Shown piece by piece: positions 18,690-28,297 of a stretch of 64,000 nucleotides of DNA. The DNA comes from Caulobacter sp. (GTDB lineage Bacteria; Pseudomonadota; Alphaproteobacteria; Caulobacterales; Caulobacteraceae): contig JAGIBE010000235.1 of NCBI GenBank assembly GCA_017744495.1, positions 4,154 to 68,153 of the forward strand, written 5' to 3'. Below the pieces are notes generated by a model, which searched no databases, was not told the DNA's origin, and saw only the letters and a program-made list of their open reading frames with translations. Position 1 is the stretch's first letter. Each line of letters begins with the position of its first letter. The translations under genes and the position numbers were made by a program.

Positions 18690-18785
18690 CGCTACGAGCA
18701 GACGGTCCTGACCGCCTTCGCTCAAGTGGACGTCTCTCTACCCTGAACGCCGACGACGCGGCCATCGCCGCTTACGGCCGTTCAG
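18690..18785 (+). pseudogene. Frameshifted fragment of an OprM/NodT family efflux outer-membrane factor
   Basis: RYEQTVLTAFAQVDV, then after a frame change LSTLNADDAAIAAYGRS; resembles the Y-x-QTVL-x-AF-x-EV-x-D-x-L helix of OMF lipoproteins. Confidence 0.6.
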
Positions 18786-18998
18786 GGTTCCAGGCCTCGA
18801 AGATGTGCGCCCAGGGCAGCGCCTGGCTGACGCCGTCCGGTTATTCGTGGCTTCGGGCATTGGCGGAGCTTCGCAACCTAACTGACCAAACGCCGAATTT
18901 GGTCAGGCCAGTTGCTTGTGCCGATGCATAAGCTCGCTATTGTGCGGCTCCAAGCGACGCCGACTCCAAGGCGCGTCGAGGTGTCGGGAGAGCGCTGA

Positions 18999-20282
18999 AT
19001 GCAAGCGAAAACGGCTGTCGTCGGCCTTGCGGCTCTCTTGTCGCTGGGCTTCGCCGCCCAGGCTCTGGCCTCCGAGCCGGTGGTCCCGTCGAGTCCGGCC
19101 GGTGTCTGCAAAGGCAGTGACGGCGCCGCCGCGGCCTTCGGCGGACGGCGTACCTTCCGCTGGAGCCCTGAGGCCCTGCAATACGCAAAGGTGCATCGGA
19201 CCGATCCGGCGATCGCCCCGGCCTACGCGGCGGTGATCAAGCGCGCCGACGCCGCTCTGGCCGGTCCGATCTACACCGTGGTCGACAAGACCCGCACGCC
19301 GCCCAGCGGCGACAAGCACGACTATATCTCGATGGGACCGTACTGGTGGCCCGATCCGACCAAGCCGAACGGCGAGCCCTACATCCGCCGCGACGGCGAG
19401 TTCAATCCCGAACGCTCGACCAACGCTTTCGACGTCATCGACCTGGACGCCATGAGCGCCTCGGTCGAGGCTCTCTCCCTGGCCTACTGGTTCACCGACG
19501 ACCCCCGCTACGCGACCAAGGCCGCTCAGTTGCTGCGTGTCTGGTTCCTGGATCCGACCACCCGGATGAACCCTAACACCAAGTACGCCCAGGGCGTGCC
19601 GGGCCGCACTACTGGCCGGGCCGAGGGCGTGCTCGACACCTACCGCCTGCTGCGCGTGATCGAGGCCGTCGGCCTGCTGGCCCCGTCCAAAGCTTGGTCG
19701 GCCGCCGACCAGAAGGGCCTGGAGCGGTGGTTCGCCGACTACACGACCTGGATGCGCACCGATCCGAACGGGCGTGAAGAGCAGGCCGCGGCCAACAACC
19801 ACGGCATCTGGTTCGACTATCAGCTGGCGGGCTTCTCGCTGTTCGCTCGCGAGGACGCTGTGGCGCGGCAGGTGGTGGCCGAGGCCGGCGCGCGCCGGAT
19901 CGCGACGCAGGTCGCGCCGAACGGCTCGCTGCCGCTGGAGCTGACCCGCACGCGCGCCCTGCACTACAGCTATTTCGCCCTGGAAGCCCTGGTCGGCACG
20001 GCTCAGTTCGGACGCTGCATGGACCTTGACCTGTGGCGCTATCAGACCGCCGACGGCCGCGGCCTGCGGGCGGCTTTCGATTTCCTGGCGCCCTATGTCG
20101 GCCAGGAAGCCAGCTTTCCCTATCCGGAGCTGAAGCCGGAAGACGCTTCATCCGAAGCTCTGCCGCTGTTCGCGGCGGCCGCGAACGCTTATGGCGACAA
20201 GGCCTTGGCCGGGAAAGCCGAAGCGCTGGCTCAGCGTTACCCGGCTAGCCTCAGTCGCTTGGTCGCGCCTGTTAGGCCTTAG
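18999..20282 (+). CDS. Secreted polysaccharide lyase, Alginate_lyase domain (PL38-like)
   Basis: Signal peptide; GDKHDYISMGPYWWPDP, YIRRDG, WFLDP..RMNPN, NNHG, ELTRTRALHYS. Confidence 0.88.
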   Translation: MQAKTAVVGLAALLSLGFAAQALASEPVVPSSPAGVCKGSDGAAAAFGGRRTFRWSPEALQYAKVHRTDPAIAPAYAAVIKRADAALAGPIYTVVDKTRTPPSGDKHDYISMGPYWWPDPTKPNGEPYIRRDGEFNPERSTNAFDVIDLDAMSASVEALSLAYWFTDDPRYATKAAQLLRVWFLDPTTRMNPNTKYAQGVPGRTTGRAEGVLDTYRLLRVIEAVGLLAPSKAWSAADQKGLERWFADYTTWMRTDPNGREEQAAANNHGIWFDYQLAGFSLFAREDAVARQVVAEAGARRIATQVAPNGSLPLELTRTRALHYSYFALEALVGTAQFGRCMDLDLWRYQTADGRGLRAAFDFLAPYVGQEASFPYPELKPEDASSEALPLFAAAANAYGDKALAGKAEALAQRYPASLSRLVAPVRP

Positions 20283-20342
20283 GGTTTCAAGCTAAGCCAC
20301 TGAGCAGAAAGGCGATGCGCGACCCATGCTCGCGTTTCGCCT

Positions 20343-21035
20343 TCAGTCGCCGATGAACCGATAACCGATCCCCGGTTCGGTCAGGATCATCTTCGGCGTC
20401 GAGGGATCGGCTTCCAGCTTCTGGCGCAACTGGCCGACGAACACCCGCAGGTACTGGGTGTCGTGAGCATGGGCCGGGCCCCAGACGGCGGTCAAAAGAT
20501 CCTTGTGGGTCAGCACTTTGCCGCGCGCCTGGGCTAGGCGCGCCAGGACTTCGTATTCGCGGGGCGAGACCTTCACCACGGCCCCGTCGCGGGTGACCAG
20601 GTGCTTTTCGAGATCGATCTCGACCGCCCCGGCGCGGATCGGCGCCTGCGGCCCTTGGGCTTGGCCGCGCTGACGCAGGGCCACGCGAAGACGGGCCAGC
20701 AACTCCCCGACCCCGAACGGCTTTTCCACATAGTCGTTGGCGCCCAGGTCCAGGGCCTGGATCTTCTCGGCCTCGCGGTCGCGGGCCGACAGGATGACGA
20801 TCGGACCCTCGTAGAAGGCCCGGGCCTTCTCCAGCAGGTCCTTGCCGTCCATGTCGGGCAGGCCCAGGTCCAGGACCACGGCGTCGGGCGACCACAGCGC
20901 GATGCCGCGCAGGCCCTCCTGGCCGCTGTCGGCCCGCAGCGGCTCGTAGCCCGCCGCGTCCATGGCCGGGCCGAGGAAGCGGTGGATCTGAGGCTCGTCG
21001 TCGATGATCAGGATGCGCTGACGCAGGGTGCTCAT
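20343..21035 (-). CDS. kdpE: Response regulator KdpE
   Basis: OmpR-type REC + wHTH; HDTQYLRVFVGQLRQKLEADP..P..ILTEPGIGYR; directly after kdpD. Confidence 0.92.
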   Translation of the reverse strand: MSTLRQRILIIDDEPQIHRFLGPAMDAAGYEPLRADSGQEGLRGIALWSPDAVVLDLGLPDMDGKDLLEKARAFYEGPIVILSARDREAEKIQALDLGANDYVEKPFGVGELLARLRVALRQRGQAQGPQAPIRAGAVEIDLEKHLVTRDGAVVKVSPREYEVLARLAQARGKVLTHKDLLTAVWGPAHAHDTQYLRVFVGQLRQKLEADPSTPKMILTEPGIGYRFIGD

Positions 21036-21042
21036 GGGCCCG

Positions 21043-23721
21043 TCATAGCAGATGATGGGGAGTCGCGACGGCCTTGGGCAAGCTGATCAGGATGCGCGTG
21101 CCTTTGCCGTCGTGGATGGGGCTGGCGGCGGCGATCCGCCCGCCCATGGCGTCGATGAAGCCCTTGGAGATCGACAGGCCCAGGCCAGCGCCCTGACTGC
21201 GGTCGGTCGGCTCCTCCATGCGGCGGAACTTCTCGAACACCTGCTCCAGCTCGGCGGTGGGAATCCCCCTGCCCTCGTCCTCGATGCTGATCACCACGTT
21301 CGAGCGGTCCTCGTAGGCGGCCATCTCGATCCGGGTGCCTGGCGGGCTGTAGGCGATGGCGTTCTCCAGGATATTGACCACGGCCTGCTCCAACAGACTG
21401 GCGTCGGCCCGCACTAGGCTGAGCTCGGCCGGGAAGTCGCGGGTCAGGATCCGGGTTTCCAGCCGGCGCGAGACGCGGTCGGCGGCCGCGCCGAGAACGT
21501 CGCGGACGTCGGTCCAGTCGGTGCGCAGCCGCAAGGCCCCGCCCTCCAGCCGGGTCATGTCCAGCAGGTTGCCGACATAGCGGTTCAGCCGCTCGGCTTC
21601 CTCGCGGATGCTCAGCAGCAGGTCGTCGCGCACCGCCGTGGTCATGCCCTTGCCGAAGTCCAGCAGGGTGCTGGAGGCCCCGAGTACGGTCGACAGCGGC
21701 GTGCGCAGGTCGTGGCTGATGGAGTTCAGCAGGGCCGAGCGGAAGCGATCGGCGCGGCGCAGGGTCTCGGTCTCGACCGCTTCCGTCGCCAGTTCTGCCC
21801 GCTCCAGCGCCACGGCGCCTTGCTCCAGAAGGGCCAGCAGCAGGCGTTCGTCCTCAGATCCCGGCGCCATGGCTCCGGCCTCGATCCCCGCCACCCCGGC
21901 CCGCGACCGTACGCCTTGCAGCGGCCAGAAGGTCCAGCGAGTCTGCGGCAGAGTGCCGGTGCCGAAGCCGGCGGCCTCGCCCTTCTCCCAGGCCCAGCGG
22001 GCGGCGGCCATAGGCGCCGCGTCGAGCTCGTCCAGAGTCGGCGCGCCGGCGGCGGCCTGGAGTTCGCCGCCGGTCGGCAGCAGCACCACGGCCTTGGCCC
22101 CCACGGCTGCCGCGGCCTGCTCGGCCAGGGCCTTGGCCGCGGCGTCGCGTCCGGTCGCCGCCGAGAAGGTCCGGCTGGCCGCCAGCAGGGCCGACACCGC
22201 CGAGGCCCGCCGCTGGGCGTCGCGGCCCTGGTCCCGCACTCGCCCGGCCAGGCCGCCGGCCGCCAGGGCCACGGCCCAGAACACGATCAGCGTCAGAAAG
22301 TCGGTCGGCGCGCCGATCGCGAACGAATGGCGTGGCTCCAGGAACATGTAGTTGTAGACGAAGAAAGCCACCGTCGCGGCGGCCAAGGCCGGTCGCAGGC
22401 CGCGCAGCACGCCCGCCGCCAACACGGCGGCCAGGAAGATCATGCCCAGGTCCACGCGGTCGAAGAGGACGTCCAGGCCCCAGGCCACGCCCGTCGCGGC
22501 GGCCACGCAGCCGGCGGCCAGAAGATAGCCGGTCCAGCCCGCGGCCCGCCGCCGCGGCGGCTCGACCACGGCCTCATGCGTGGCCTCGGTGACGACGTGG
22601 ATCGCCTCGCCCCGCGCCTCGCGCAGCATCTCCGCCGCCAGCGATCGGCCCATGAGCTCGCGCCAGCGGCTGTCGACCGACTTGCCGATGACGATCTGGG
22701 TGACGTTGTTGCGGCGGGCGTAGGCCATCACCGTGGCCACGATGTCGGCGCCGCTGAGCACCACGGTCGAGCCGCCCAGCTGCTCGGCCAGCTTGAGGGC
22801 GTCGCGCAGCCGCGCCCCGGCTTCGGGACCGGTCACGGGCTGGTCGAGGCGGTCGACGTGGGTCACCGTCCACGGCGCATCCATCATCATGTCCGACAGC
22901 CGCCGGCCGGCCCGCACCAGGCTGGCGGCCATGGCGTCGCCACCCACCAGCACCAGGATCCGCTCGCCCGCCGCCCAGGGGCCTTCGACGCCCTTCTCGC
23001 GCATGGTGGCGACCAGCTGGTCGTCGACGGTCTGGGCCGCCCGGCGCAGGGCCAGCTCGCGCAGGGCCGTCAGGTTCTCGACCTTGAAGAAGTTCTCCGA
23101 GGCCAGGCGAGCGGTCTCGGGCACATAGACCTTGCCCTCGGTGAGCCGCTCGCGCAGCTCGTCGGGCGTGATGTCGATGACCTCGATGGCGTCGGCCCGC
23201 GACAGGGCGCTGTCGGGCACGGTTTCGCGCTGGCGAACCCCGGTGATGCGCTGGACGACGTCGACCAGGCTCTCCAGGTGTTGGACGTTCAGGGTGGTCC
23301 AGACGTCGATGCCGGCGGCCAGAAGCTCCTCGACGTCCTGCCAGCGCTTGGGATGGCGCGAGCCCGGGACATTGGAATGGGCATATTCGTCGACCAGCAG
23401 CAGGGCCGGCTTGCGGGCCAGGGCCGTGTCGAGGTCGAACTCCATCATGACATGGCCGCGATGGTCGATCGGCTTGCGGGGCAACACCTCCATGCCGCGA
23501 AGCAGGCTCTCGGTCTCGCGCCGGCCATGGGTTTCGACCAGGCCGATCAGCACGTCCTGGCCATCGGCCTTCCGGCGCCGGGCGGCGCGGAGCATCTCGT
23601 AGGTCTTGCCCACACCCGGGGCCATGCCCAGGAACACCTTCAACCGCCCTCGGCCCGCCCGGTTGGCGACCGCCAGCAGCGCCTCGGGATCGGGGCGGTT
23701 CGTCTCGGAAGAGTCGAGCAT
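21043..23721 (-). CDS. kdpD: Sensor histidine kinase KdpD
   Basis: RPDPEALL, GMAPGVGKTYEML, SRHPKRWQD, Usp domain, 4 TM, GAF, SHDLRTPL. Confidence 0.95.
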   Translation of the reverse strand: MLDSSETNRPDPEALLAVANRAGRGRLKVFLGMAPGVGKTYEMLRAARRRKADGQDVLIGLVETHGRRETESLLRGMEVLPRKPIDHRGHVMMEFDLDTALARKPALLLVDEYAHSNVPGSRHPKRWQDVEELLAAGIDVWTTLNVQHLESLVDVVQRITGVRQRETVPDSALSRADAIEVIDITPDELRERLTEGKVYVPETARLASENFFKVENLTALRELALRRAAQTVDDQLVATMREKGVEGPWAAGERILVLVGGDAMAASLVRAGRRLSDMMMDAPWTVTHVDRLDQPVTGPEAGARLRDALKLAEQLGGSTVVLSGADIVATVMAYARRNNVTQIVIGKSVDSRWRELMGRSLAAEMLREARGEAIHVVTEATHEAVVEPPRRRAAGWTGYLLAAGCVAAATGVAWGLDVLFDRVDLGMIFLAAVLAAGVLRGLRPALAAATVAFFVYNYMFLEPRHSFAIGAPTDFLTLIVFWAVALAAGGLAGRVRDQGRDAQRRASAVSALLAASRTFSAATGRDAAAKALAEQAAAAVGAKAVVLLPTGGELQAAAGAPTLDELDAAPMAAARWAWEKGEAAGFGTGTLPQTRWTFWPLQGVRSRAGVAGIEAGAMAPGSEDERLLLALLEQGAVALERAELATEAVETETLRRADRFRSALLNSISHDLRTPLSTVLGASSTLLDFGKGMTTAVRDDLLLSIREEAERLNRYVGNLLDMTRLEGGALRLRTDWTDVRDVLGAAADRVSRRLETRILTRDFPAELSLVRADASLLEQAVVNILENAIAYSPPGTRIEMAAYEDRSNVVISIEDEGRGIPTAELEQVFEKFRRMEEPTDRSQGAGLGLSISKGFIDAMGGRIAAASPIHDGKGTRILISLPKAVATPHHLL

Positions 23722-23759
23722 GATGACGGGGTCTCCGGGGAGGAGCGCAGTCTAAGCCA

Positions 23760-24563
23760 TCAGGCCTCGAAACGCATGCCGTCGTAGGCCGGCTCGACGC
23801 CTGGCGGCAGTTTCGCGGCCAAGGCGTTGAAATCCAGATCGATGTGCAGATTGGTCAGGATGGCGCGACGCGGCCTGGCGCGGGCGATCCACTCCAGGGC
23901 CAGGCCGACATGGGCGTGGGTCGGGTGCGGCGTCCAGCGCAGGGCGTCCACCACCCAGACGTCGAGGCCGCTCAGCGCCGCCCAACTCTCCTCCGGAAAG
24001 CCGATGGCGTCGGGCGTGTAGGCGACGTCGCCGAACCGGTAGCCGACGGCGCGGATTTCGCCGTGATCGACGTCGAAGGTGGTGACCGGGATTGTCCCGC
24101 TGGGGCCGTCGATCTCCCAGGCCTGGCCGTGCGGGGCGATCAGGTGCGCGTCGCAGATGGCCGGATAGCCGCCCTGGCTCTCGAAGATGTAGCCGAACCG
24201 TCGACTCAGGCTGGCCGTGGTGTAGGCGTCCATGTAGGTCGGCACACGCTTGCGGGCGTTCAGGAAGAACGGGCGCAGGTCGTCGATGCCATGGGCCTGG
24301 TCGGCGTGGTCGTGGGTGAACAGGCAGGCGTCCACCCGCTTGACCCCCGCCCTCACCGCCTGAAGCCGGAAGTCCGGGGCTGTGTCGACGACGACCGTGG
24401 TCTCGGCCGCCGGATCCGAACCGGGCCGCCGCACCAGCATCGAGCAGCGGGTGCGGATGTTCTTCGGTTCGGCCGGGTCGCAATCGCCCCAGTTGCCGTC
24501 GGCGCGCGGCACGCCGCCCGACGAGCCGGAGCCCAGGATCGTGAACTCCAGCTTGCCGGTCAT
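23760..24563 (-). CDS. MBL-fold metallohydrolase (PhnP/YcfH-neighbour type)
   Basis: LGSGSSGGVP, THDHADQAHGIDD, HPTH, AYDGM. Confidence 0.9.
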   Translation of the reverse strand: MTGKLEFTILGSGSSGGVPRADGNWGDCDPAEPKNIRTRCSMLVRRPGSDPAAETTVVVDTAPDFRLQAVRAGVKRVDACLFTHDHADQAHGIDDLRPFFLNARKRVPTYMDAYTTASLSRRFGYIFESQGGYPAICDAHLIAPHGQAWEIDGPSGTIPVTTFDVDHGEIRAVGYRFGDVAYTPDAIGFPEESWAALSGLDVWVVDALRWTPHPTHAHVGLALEWIARARPRRAILTNLHIDLDFNALAAKLPPGVEPAYDGMRFEA

Positions 24564-25339
24564 TGCCGAGGAATCCGGTCGAACAAGGCGAAGAAGGCGT
24601 CTTCGGTGCGCTGTTCGGCGTCGGCCCGGGTCCAGCCCCGGATCTCGGCCAGCTTGTCCAGCACGTGGGGCAGATAGGCCGGCTCGTTGCGGCGACCGCG
24701 CATCGGCACGGGGGCCAAGTACGGACAGTCGGTCTCGAGGATGATCTTGTCGGCCGGCATGTCGGCGATGATGTCGCGCACGTCCTGGGCCTGCTTGAAG
24801 GTGGCGATGCCCGAGACCGAGAACCACGCCCCCAGCGCCGCCGCCCGCTTCGCCAGTTCCGCGCCGCTGGTGTAGCAGTGCATAAGGATCTTGAACGGGC
24901 CCTTGGCGTGCTCCTCCTCGAGGATCGCGCCCATCACCTCGTCGGCCTCGCGGGTGTGGACCACCAGCGGCAGGCCGGTCTGGCGGGCGGCGGCCACATG
25001 GGCGCGGAACACGTCGGCCTGCACGTCGCGCGGGCTGAGGTCGTAGTGGAAGTCCAGGCCGGTCTCGCCGATACCGATCACTTTGGGGCGGCCCGCCAAT
25101 TCGATCAAACGCTCGGTGGTCAGGTCGACATGGTCCTTGGCTTCGTGTGGGTGAGCCCCGACCGTGCACCAAATGTCGTCATTGGCCATGGCGATGGCGT
25201 GGACGGCTTCGAACGACGGGATCTTGTCGCAGATGGTGACCATCAGCGCGATCCCGGCCTCGCGGGCGCGGTCGATCACCGCTTGGCGGTCCTCGTCGTA
25301 CTGATGGGCGTGAAGGTTTACGTGGCTGTCGATGAGCAT
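24560..25339 (-). CDS. tatD: TatD family hydrolase
   Basis: IDSHVN, GETGLD, HTREA, ETDCPYLAP..RGRRNEP. Confidence 0.93.
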   Translation of the reverse strand: MLIDSHVNLHAHQYDEDRQAVIDRAREAGIALMVTICDKIPSFEAVHAIAMANDDIWCTVGAHPHEAKDHVDLTTERLIELAGRPKVIGIGETGLDFHYDLSPRDVQADVFRAHVAAARQTGLPLVVHTREADEVMGAILEEEHAKGPFKILMHCYTSGAELAKRAAALGAWFSVSGIATFKQAQDVRDIIADMPADKIILETDCPYLAPVPMRGRRNEPAYLPHVLDKLAEIRGWTRADAEQRTEDAFFALFDRIPRQ

Positions 25340-25343
25340 GCGG

Positions 25344-26348
25344 TCACATGGCCGCCCGGGCGGCGGCGCGCAAGTCCATGATCGCCGTCCAGAACACGTC
25401 GGCGCGGTCGAGGTTCACGGCCTCGGCCTCGCCCGGCGCGCGGACGATCTTCTCCCAGGCCGCCACCCAGCGGTCCAGGCCGGCGGGGGGGCGCTCACCC
25501 GCCATGCCGGTGGCCATGGCGTGGATCTGGTCGCCCAGGCGGTCGAACAGGAGCTCGAAGCGCTGGGCGCCCTCGGCGCCACGGAAGGTGTCGGCCATGG
25601 CCAGCAGTGCGCCTTCATCCAGGTCGGGCAGCTTGCGCAGGATTTCGCCCGCCGCGTCGTCGGCCTCGATGGCCCCGGCGGCGGCCAGTTGCAGCGCCCG
25701 GCCCGGCGCGCCCTTGGCCATCCGGGACAGGCGATCGGCGTCGTGGGCCGAGACCCCGGCCCGCTGCTGGACCATGGTCGCGGCCAGGTTCAGGTGCGGC
25801 GCGGGCACCGGCAGTCGGCGGCAGCGCGAGCGGATCGTCGGCAGCAGGCGGCCGGGCGAATGGCTGATCAGCAAGATCACTCCGCGCGGCGGCGGCTCTT
25901 CGAGCGTCTTCAGCACGGCGTTGGCGGCGTTGACGTTGAGATCGTCGGCCGCGTCGATGATCGCCACCCGATAAGGCGAGACGGCGGGCGAATTGGCGAA
26001 GAAGGCCGGCAGCAGGCGGGCCTCGTCCACCGGGATCGACTTGCGGGCCTTGCCGTCGTCGGTTTCGCGCTCCAGGACCATCAGGTCCGGATGCGAGCGC
26101 GCCGCGACCTGGCGGCTGATGATGTCGGTCGGGGCGGACCCCAGGGTTCCGAAGGCGGGATCGGGTCGCGCGCCCAGCAGGCGGCGGGCCATGCGATAGG
26201 CCAGGGTCGCCTTGCCGACGCCCTCGGGACCCGTCAGCAGCCAGGCGTGGTGCAGCCGGCCGCGATCCAGGGCGTCCAGGAACGCCAGCTCTGCGGTCTC
26301 GACGCCGTCGATGGCGAACACGTCGCGAGGATGAGGCGGCGCATCCAT
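25344..26348 (-). CDS. holB: DNA polymerase III subunit delta'
   Basis: GPEGVGKAT, HPD, NAVLKTLEEPP, LPTIRSRC. Confidence 0.93.
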   Translation of the reverse strand: MDAPPHPRDVFAIDGVETAELAFLDALDRGRLHHAWLLTGPEGVGKATLAYRMARRLLGARPDPAFGTLGSAPTDIISRQVAARSHPDLMVLERETDDGKARKSIPVDEARLLPAFFANSPAVSPYRVAIIDAADDLNVNAANAVLKTLEEPPPRGVILLISHSPGRLLPTIRSRCRRLPVPAPHLNLAATMVQQRAGVSAHDADRLSRMAKGAPGRALQLAAAGAIEADDAAGEILRKLPDLDEGALLAMADTFRGAEGAQRFELLFDRLGDQIHAMATGMAGERPPAGLDRWVAAWEKIVRAPGEAEAVNLDRADVFWTAIMDLRAAARAAM

Positions 26349-26351
26349 GCT

Positions 26352-26978
26352 CTAGAGGCCCAGCCGCGTGGATACCGCGTTCCAGACGTCGGCCCAGACG
26401 GCGTCGATCTCATCGTCGGCCTCGATCACCACGCAGCGTTCCGGCTCGCGGCGAGCGATCTCCAGGAAGGCCTCACCCAGCCGCTTGTGGAATTCCAGCC
26501 CCTTGGATTCGAAGCGGGCTTCGCCGCCCCGGGCCAGGGCGCGCTCCAGGCCGGTCTCGGCCGGGATGTCGAAGATCAGCGTCAGGTCCGGGATCGTGCC
26601 GCCCAGGACGTGCTCCTCCAGCGCCTTGATCAGGCCGATCGGGGCTTCGCCACCGGCGCCCTGATAGGCGCGGGTGCTGTCGGCGAAGCGGTCGCACAGC
26701 ACGATGGCCCCGCGCTCCAGGGCCGGGCGGATCACCCGCTCGATGTGGTCGCGCCGCGAGGCGTACATCAGCAGCGTCTCGGTGACCGGCGACCAGCGAT
26801 CGACGTCGCCGTTGAGGATCAGGTCGCGGATCTGCTCGGCGCCCGGGCTGCCGCCCGGTTCGCGGGTCAGCACCACGTCGGCGCCGTCCGCCTTCAGGCG
26901 TTCGGCCAAGCGGCGGATCTGGGTGGACTTTCCAGCCCCCTCGCCGCCCTCGAAACTGATGAAGGTTCCACGCGTCAC
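26352..26978 (-). CDS. tmk: Thymidylate kinase
   Basis: FEGGEGAGKST, TREPGG, CDRF..ST.AYQG; GTG start (TTG at 26987 is an alternative). Confidence 0.95.
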   Translation of the reverse strand: MTRGTFISFEGGEGAGKSTQIRRLAERLKADGADVVLTREPGGSPGAEQIRDLILNGDVDRWSPVTETLLMYASRRDHIERVIRPALERGAIVLCDRFADSTRAYQGAGGEAPIGLIKALEEHVLGGTIPDLTLIFDIPAETGLERALARGGEARFESKGLEFHKRLGEAFLEIARREPERCVVIEADDEIDAVWADVWNAVSTRLGL

Positions 26979-27032
26979 GGGCTTCAAATCGGCCGTAACG
27001 CCCGTCTTGTCCAGAGCCGATCGCTGTCTGGT

Positions 27033-28046
27033 TTAGGGTCTCAGCACGGTGGCGTCGGAAAAGCCCAGGGCGGCGACGCGATCGCGCACGCCGAAGGCTT
27101 CGGCCTCGTCCGGGCCGGCCTTGACCACCACGCGATAGAGCGTGCCCTGGGCGCGTTCCACCGACTCGATCGAGGCTTCGCCGGCCCCGCTCAGCTGGGC
27201 GGCGGCGCGCTCGGCGTTGGCGCGGTTGGCGAAGGATCCGGCCTGGACGCGATAGGCGCTTTCGACGCCGACCTCGGCGAAGGCCGGCGCGGGTTCGGCC
27301 GGAACCACGGGTACGGGGGTCGGCGGGGTGTACGGCACGAAGTCCGGATCGGCGGCCTTCGGTGGCGGCGGGGCGTCCCAGGCCGGCTGAGCCGGCGGCA
27401 GGCCGGTCGTGTAGACGCGGGGCTTGGCCGGCGGCGTATAGCGCGAGCCAAGATCCGTTTCAGGCGGCGGCGCGGCCGAGGCGATCATCCGGCGCTGATC
27501 GAAGGGCGTCTTGCCGGCGGGACCGATATAGCGGACGCGGACATGGGCCACGCCCGCCCGGCCATAGCCCAGCTGCTCGGCGGCGGCCTTGGAGAGGTCA
27601 ATGATCCGGCCGTCGACGAACGGGCCGCGATCGTTGACCCGCACCTGCATCTTGCGGCCGTTGTCGAGATTGGTGACCTCGACGATGCTAGGCAGCGGCA
27701 GGGTCTTATGGGCCGCCGACGGCAGATCCATGTCGAAGATCTCGCCGTTGGCCGTGCGGCGGTTGTGGAACTGCTCACCGTACCACGAGCCGATCCCCTT
27801 CTCGTCATAATCGGGATCGGCCTTCGGATAATACCAGATGCCCTTGATCTGATAGGGCTTCTCGGTGCCGCGCAGACCGTTGGTCGAGCCGGGCGGCGGC
27901 GGGCCCGAATAAGGTCTGGCGGTCGAGCTGGTTTGCGGCAGGCGGGTCGGCAGCGGCGTGGCGCAAGCGGCCAGGCCCGCGCAGCCCAAGGCAGCCACGG
28001 CCACGCCGCGCAGCAGACGGAAGTCGCCTCGCGCCTCGCCTCCCAT
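27033..28046 (-). CDS. rlpA: Septal lytic transglycosylase RlpA (DPBB + SPOR)
   Basis: Lipobox LAAC; SWYG..FH...TANGE, AAHKTLPLPS, VNDRGPF..GRIIDLS; C-terminal VQAGSF SPOR domain. Confidence 0.93.
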   Translation of the reverse strand: MGGEARGDFRLLRGVAVAALGCAGLAACATPLPTRLPQTSSTARPYSGPPPPGSTNGLRGTEKPYQIKGIWYYPKADPDYDEKGIGSWYGEQFHNRRTANGEIFDMDLPSAAHKTLPLPSIVEVTNLDNGRKMQVRVNDRGPFVDGRIIDLSKAAAEQLGYGRAGVAHVRVRYIGPAGKTPFDQRRMIASAAPPPETDLGSRYTPPAKPRVYTTGLPPAQPAWDAPPPPKAADPDFVPYTPPTPVPVVPAEPAPAFAEVGVESAYRVQAGSFANRANAERAAAQLSGAGEASIESVERAQGTLYRVVVKAGPDEAEAFGVRDRVAALGFSDATVLRP

Positions 28047-28101
28047 GACCCAGCCGCCCTCCTGAAGCTTGTATACCAGCAAACAGGGTCGTTCAGGAGG
28101 C

Positions 28102-28117
28102 TTTAGGTCCGGTTAAC
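28102..28117. promoter_or_regulatory. CtrA-like box in the rlpA/tRNA divergent promoter
   Basis: TTTA-GGTCCGG-TTAAC, one mismatch from TTAA-N7-TTAAC. Confidence 0.45.
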
Positions 28118-28187
28118 CAACGGTGCGACCAAACGACCGCAAACGGACTGGAGCCGGCGCGCGACCGCTGATATAGCCCCCTGCTCC

Positions 28188-28277
28188 GGGCAGGTGGCCG
28201 AGTGGTTTAAGGCAGCGGTCTTGAAAACCGCCGTGGGTGAAAGTCCACCGTGGGTTCGAATCCCACCCTGCCCGCCA
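28188..28277 (+). tRNA. tRNA-Ser (anticodon TGA)
   Basis: GGGCAGG/CCTGCCC acceptor stem, D-loop AGTGGTTTAA, GCGGT-CTTGAAA-ACCGC anticodon arm, long variable arm, GGTTCGAATCC, encoded CCA; 90 nt. Confidence 0.97.
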
Positions 28278-28297
28278 TATCTCCCGAGACCCTGTCC

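Noticed and set aside
18536-18931. 131-aa ORF as an intact gene
   Set aside because: Only a short internal piece looks protein-like and is explained by the OprM-family relic
21712-23787. 691-aa plus-strand ORF
   Set aside because: Antisense shadow of kdpD
25332-28106. 924-aa plus-strand ORF
   Set aside because: Antisense shadow of holB-tmk-rlpA; stop-poor frame caused by high-GC codon bias, no motifs
28250-28277. tRNA 3' end as an integration site
   Set aside because: No duplicate att copy or integrase seen; a core gene follows within 20 bp
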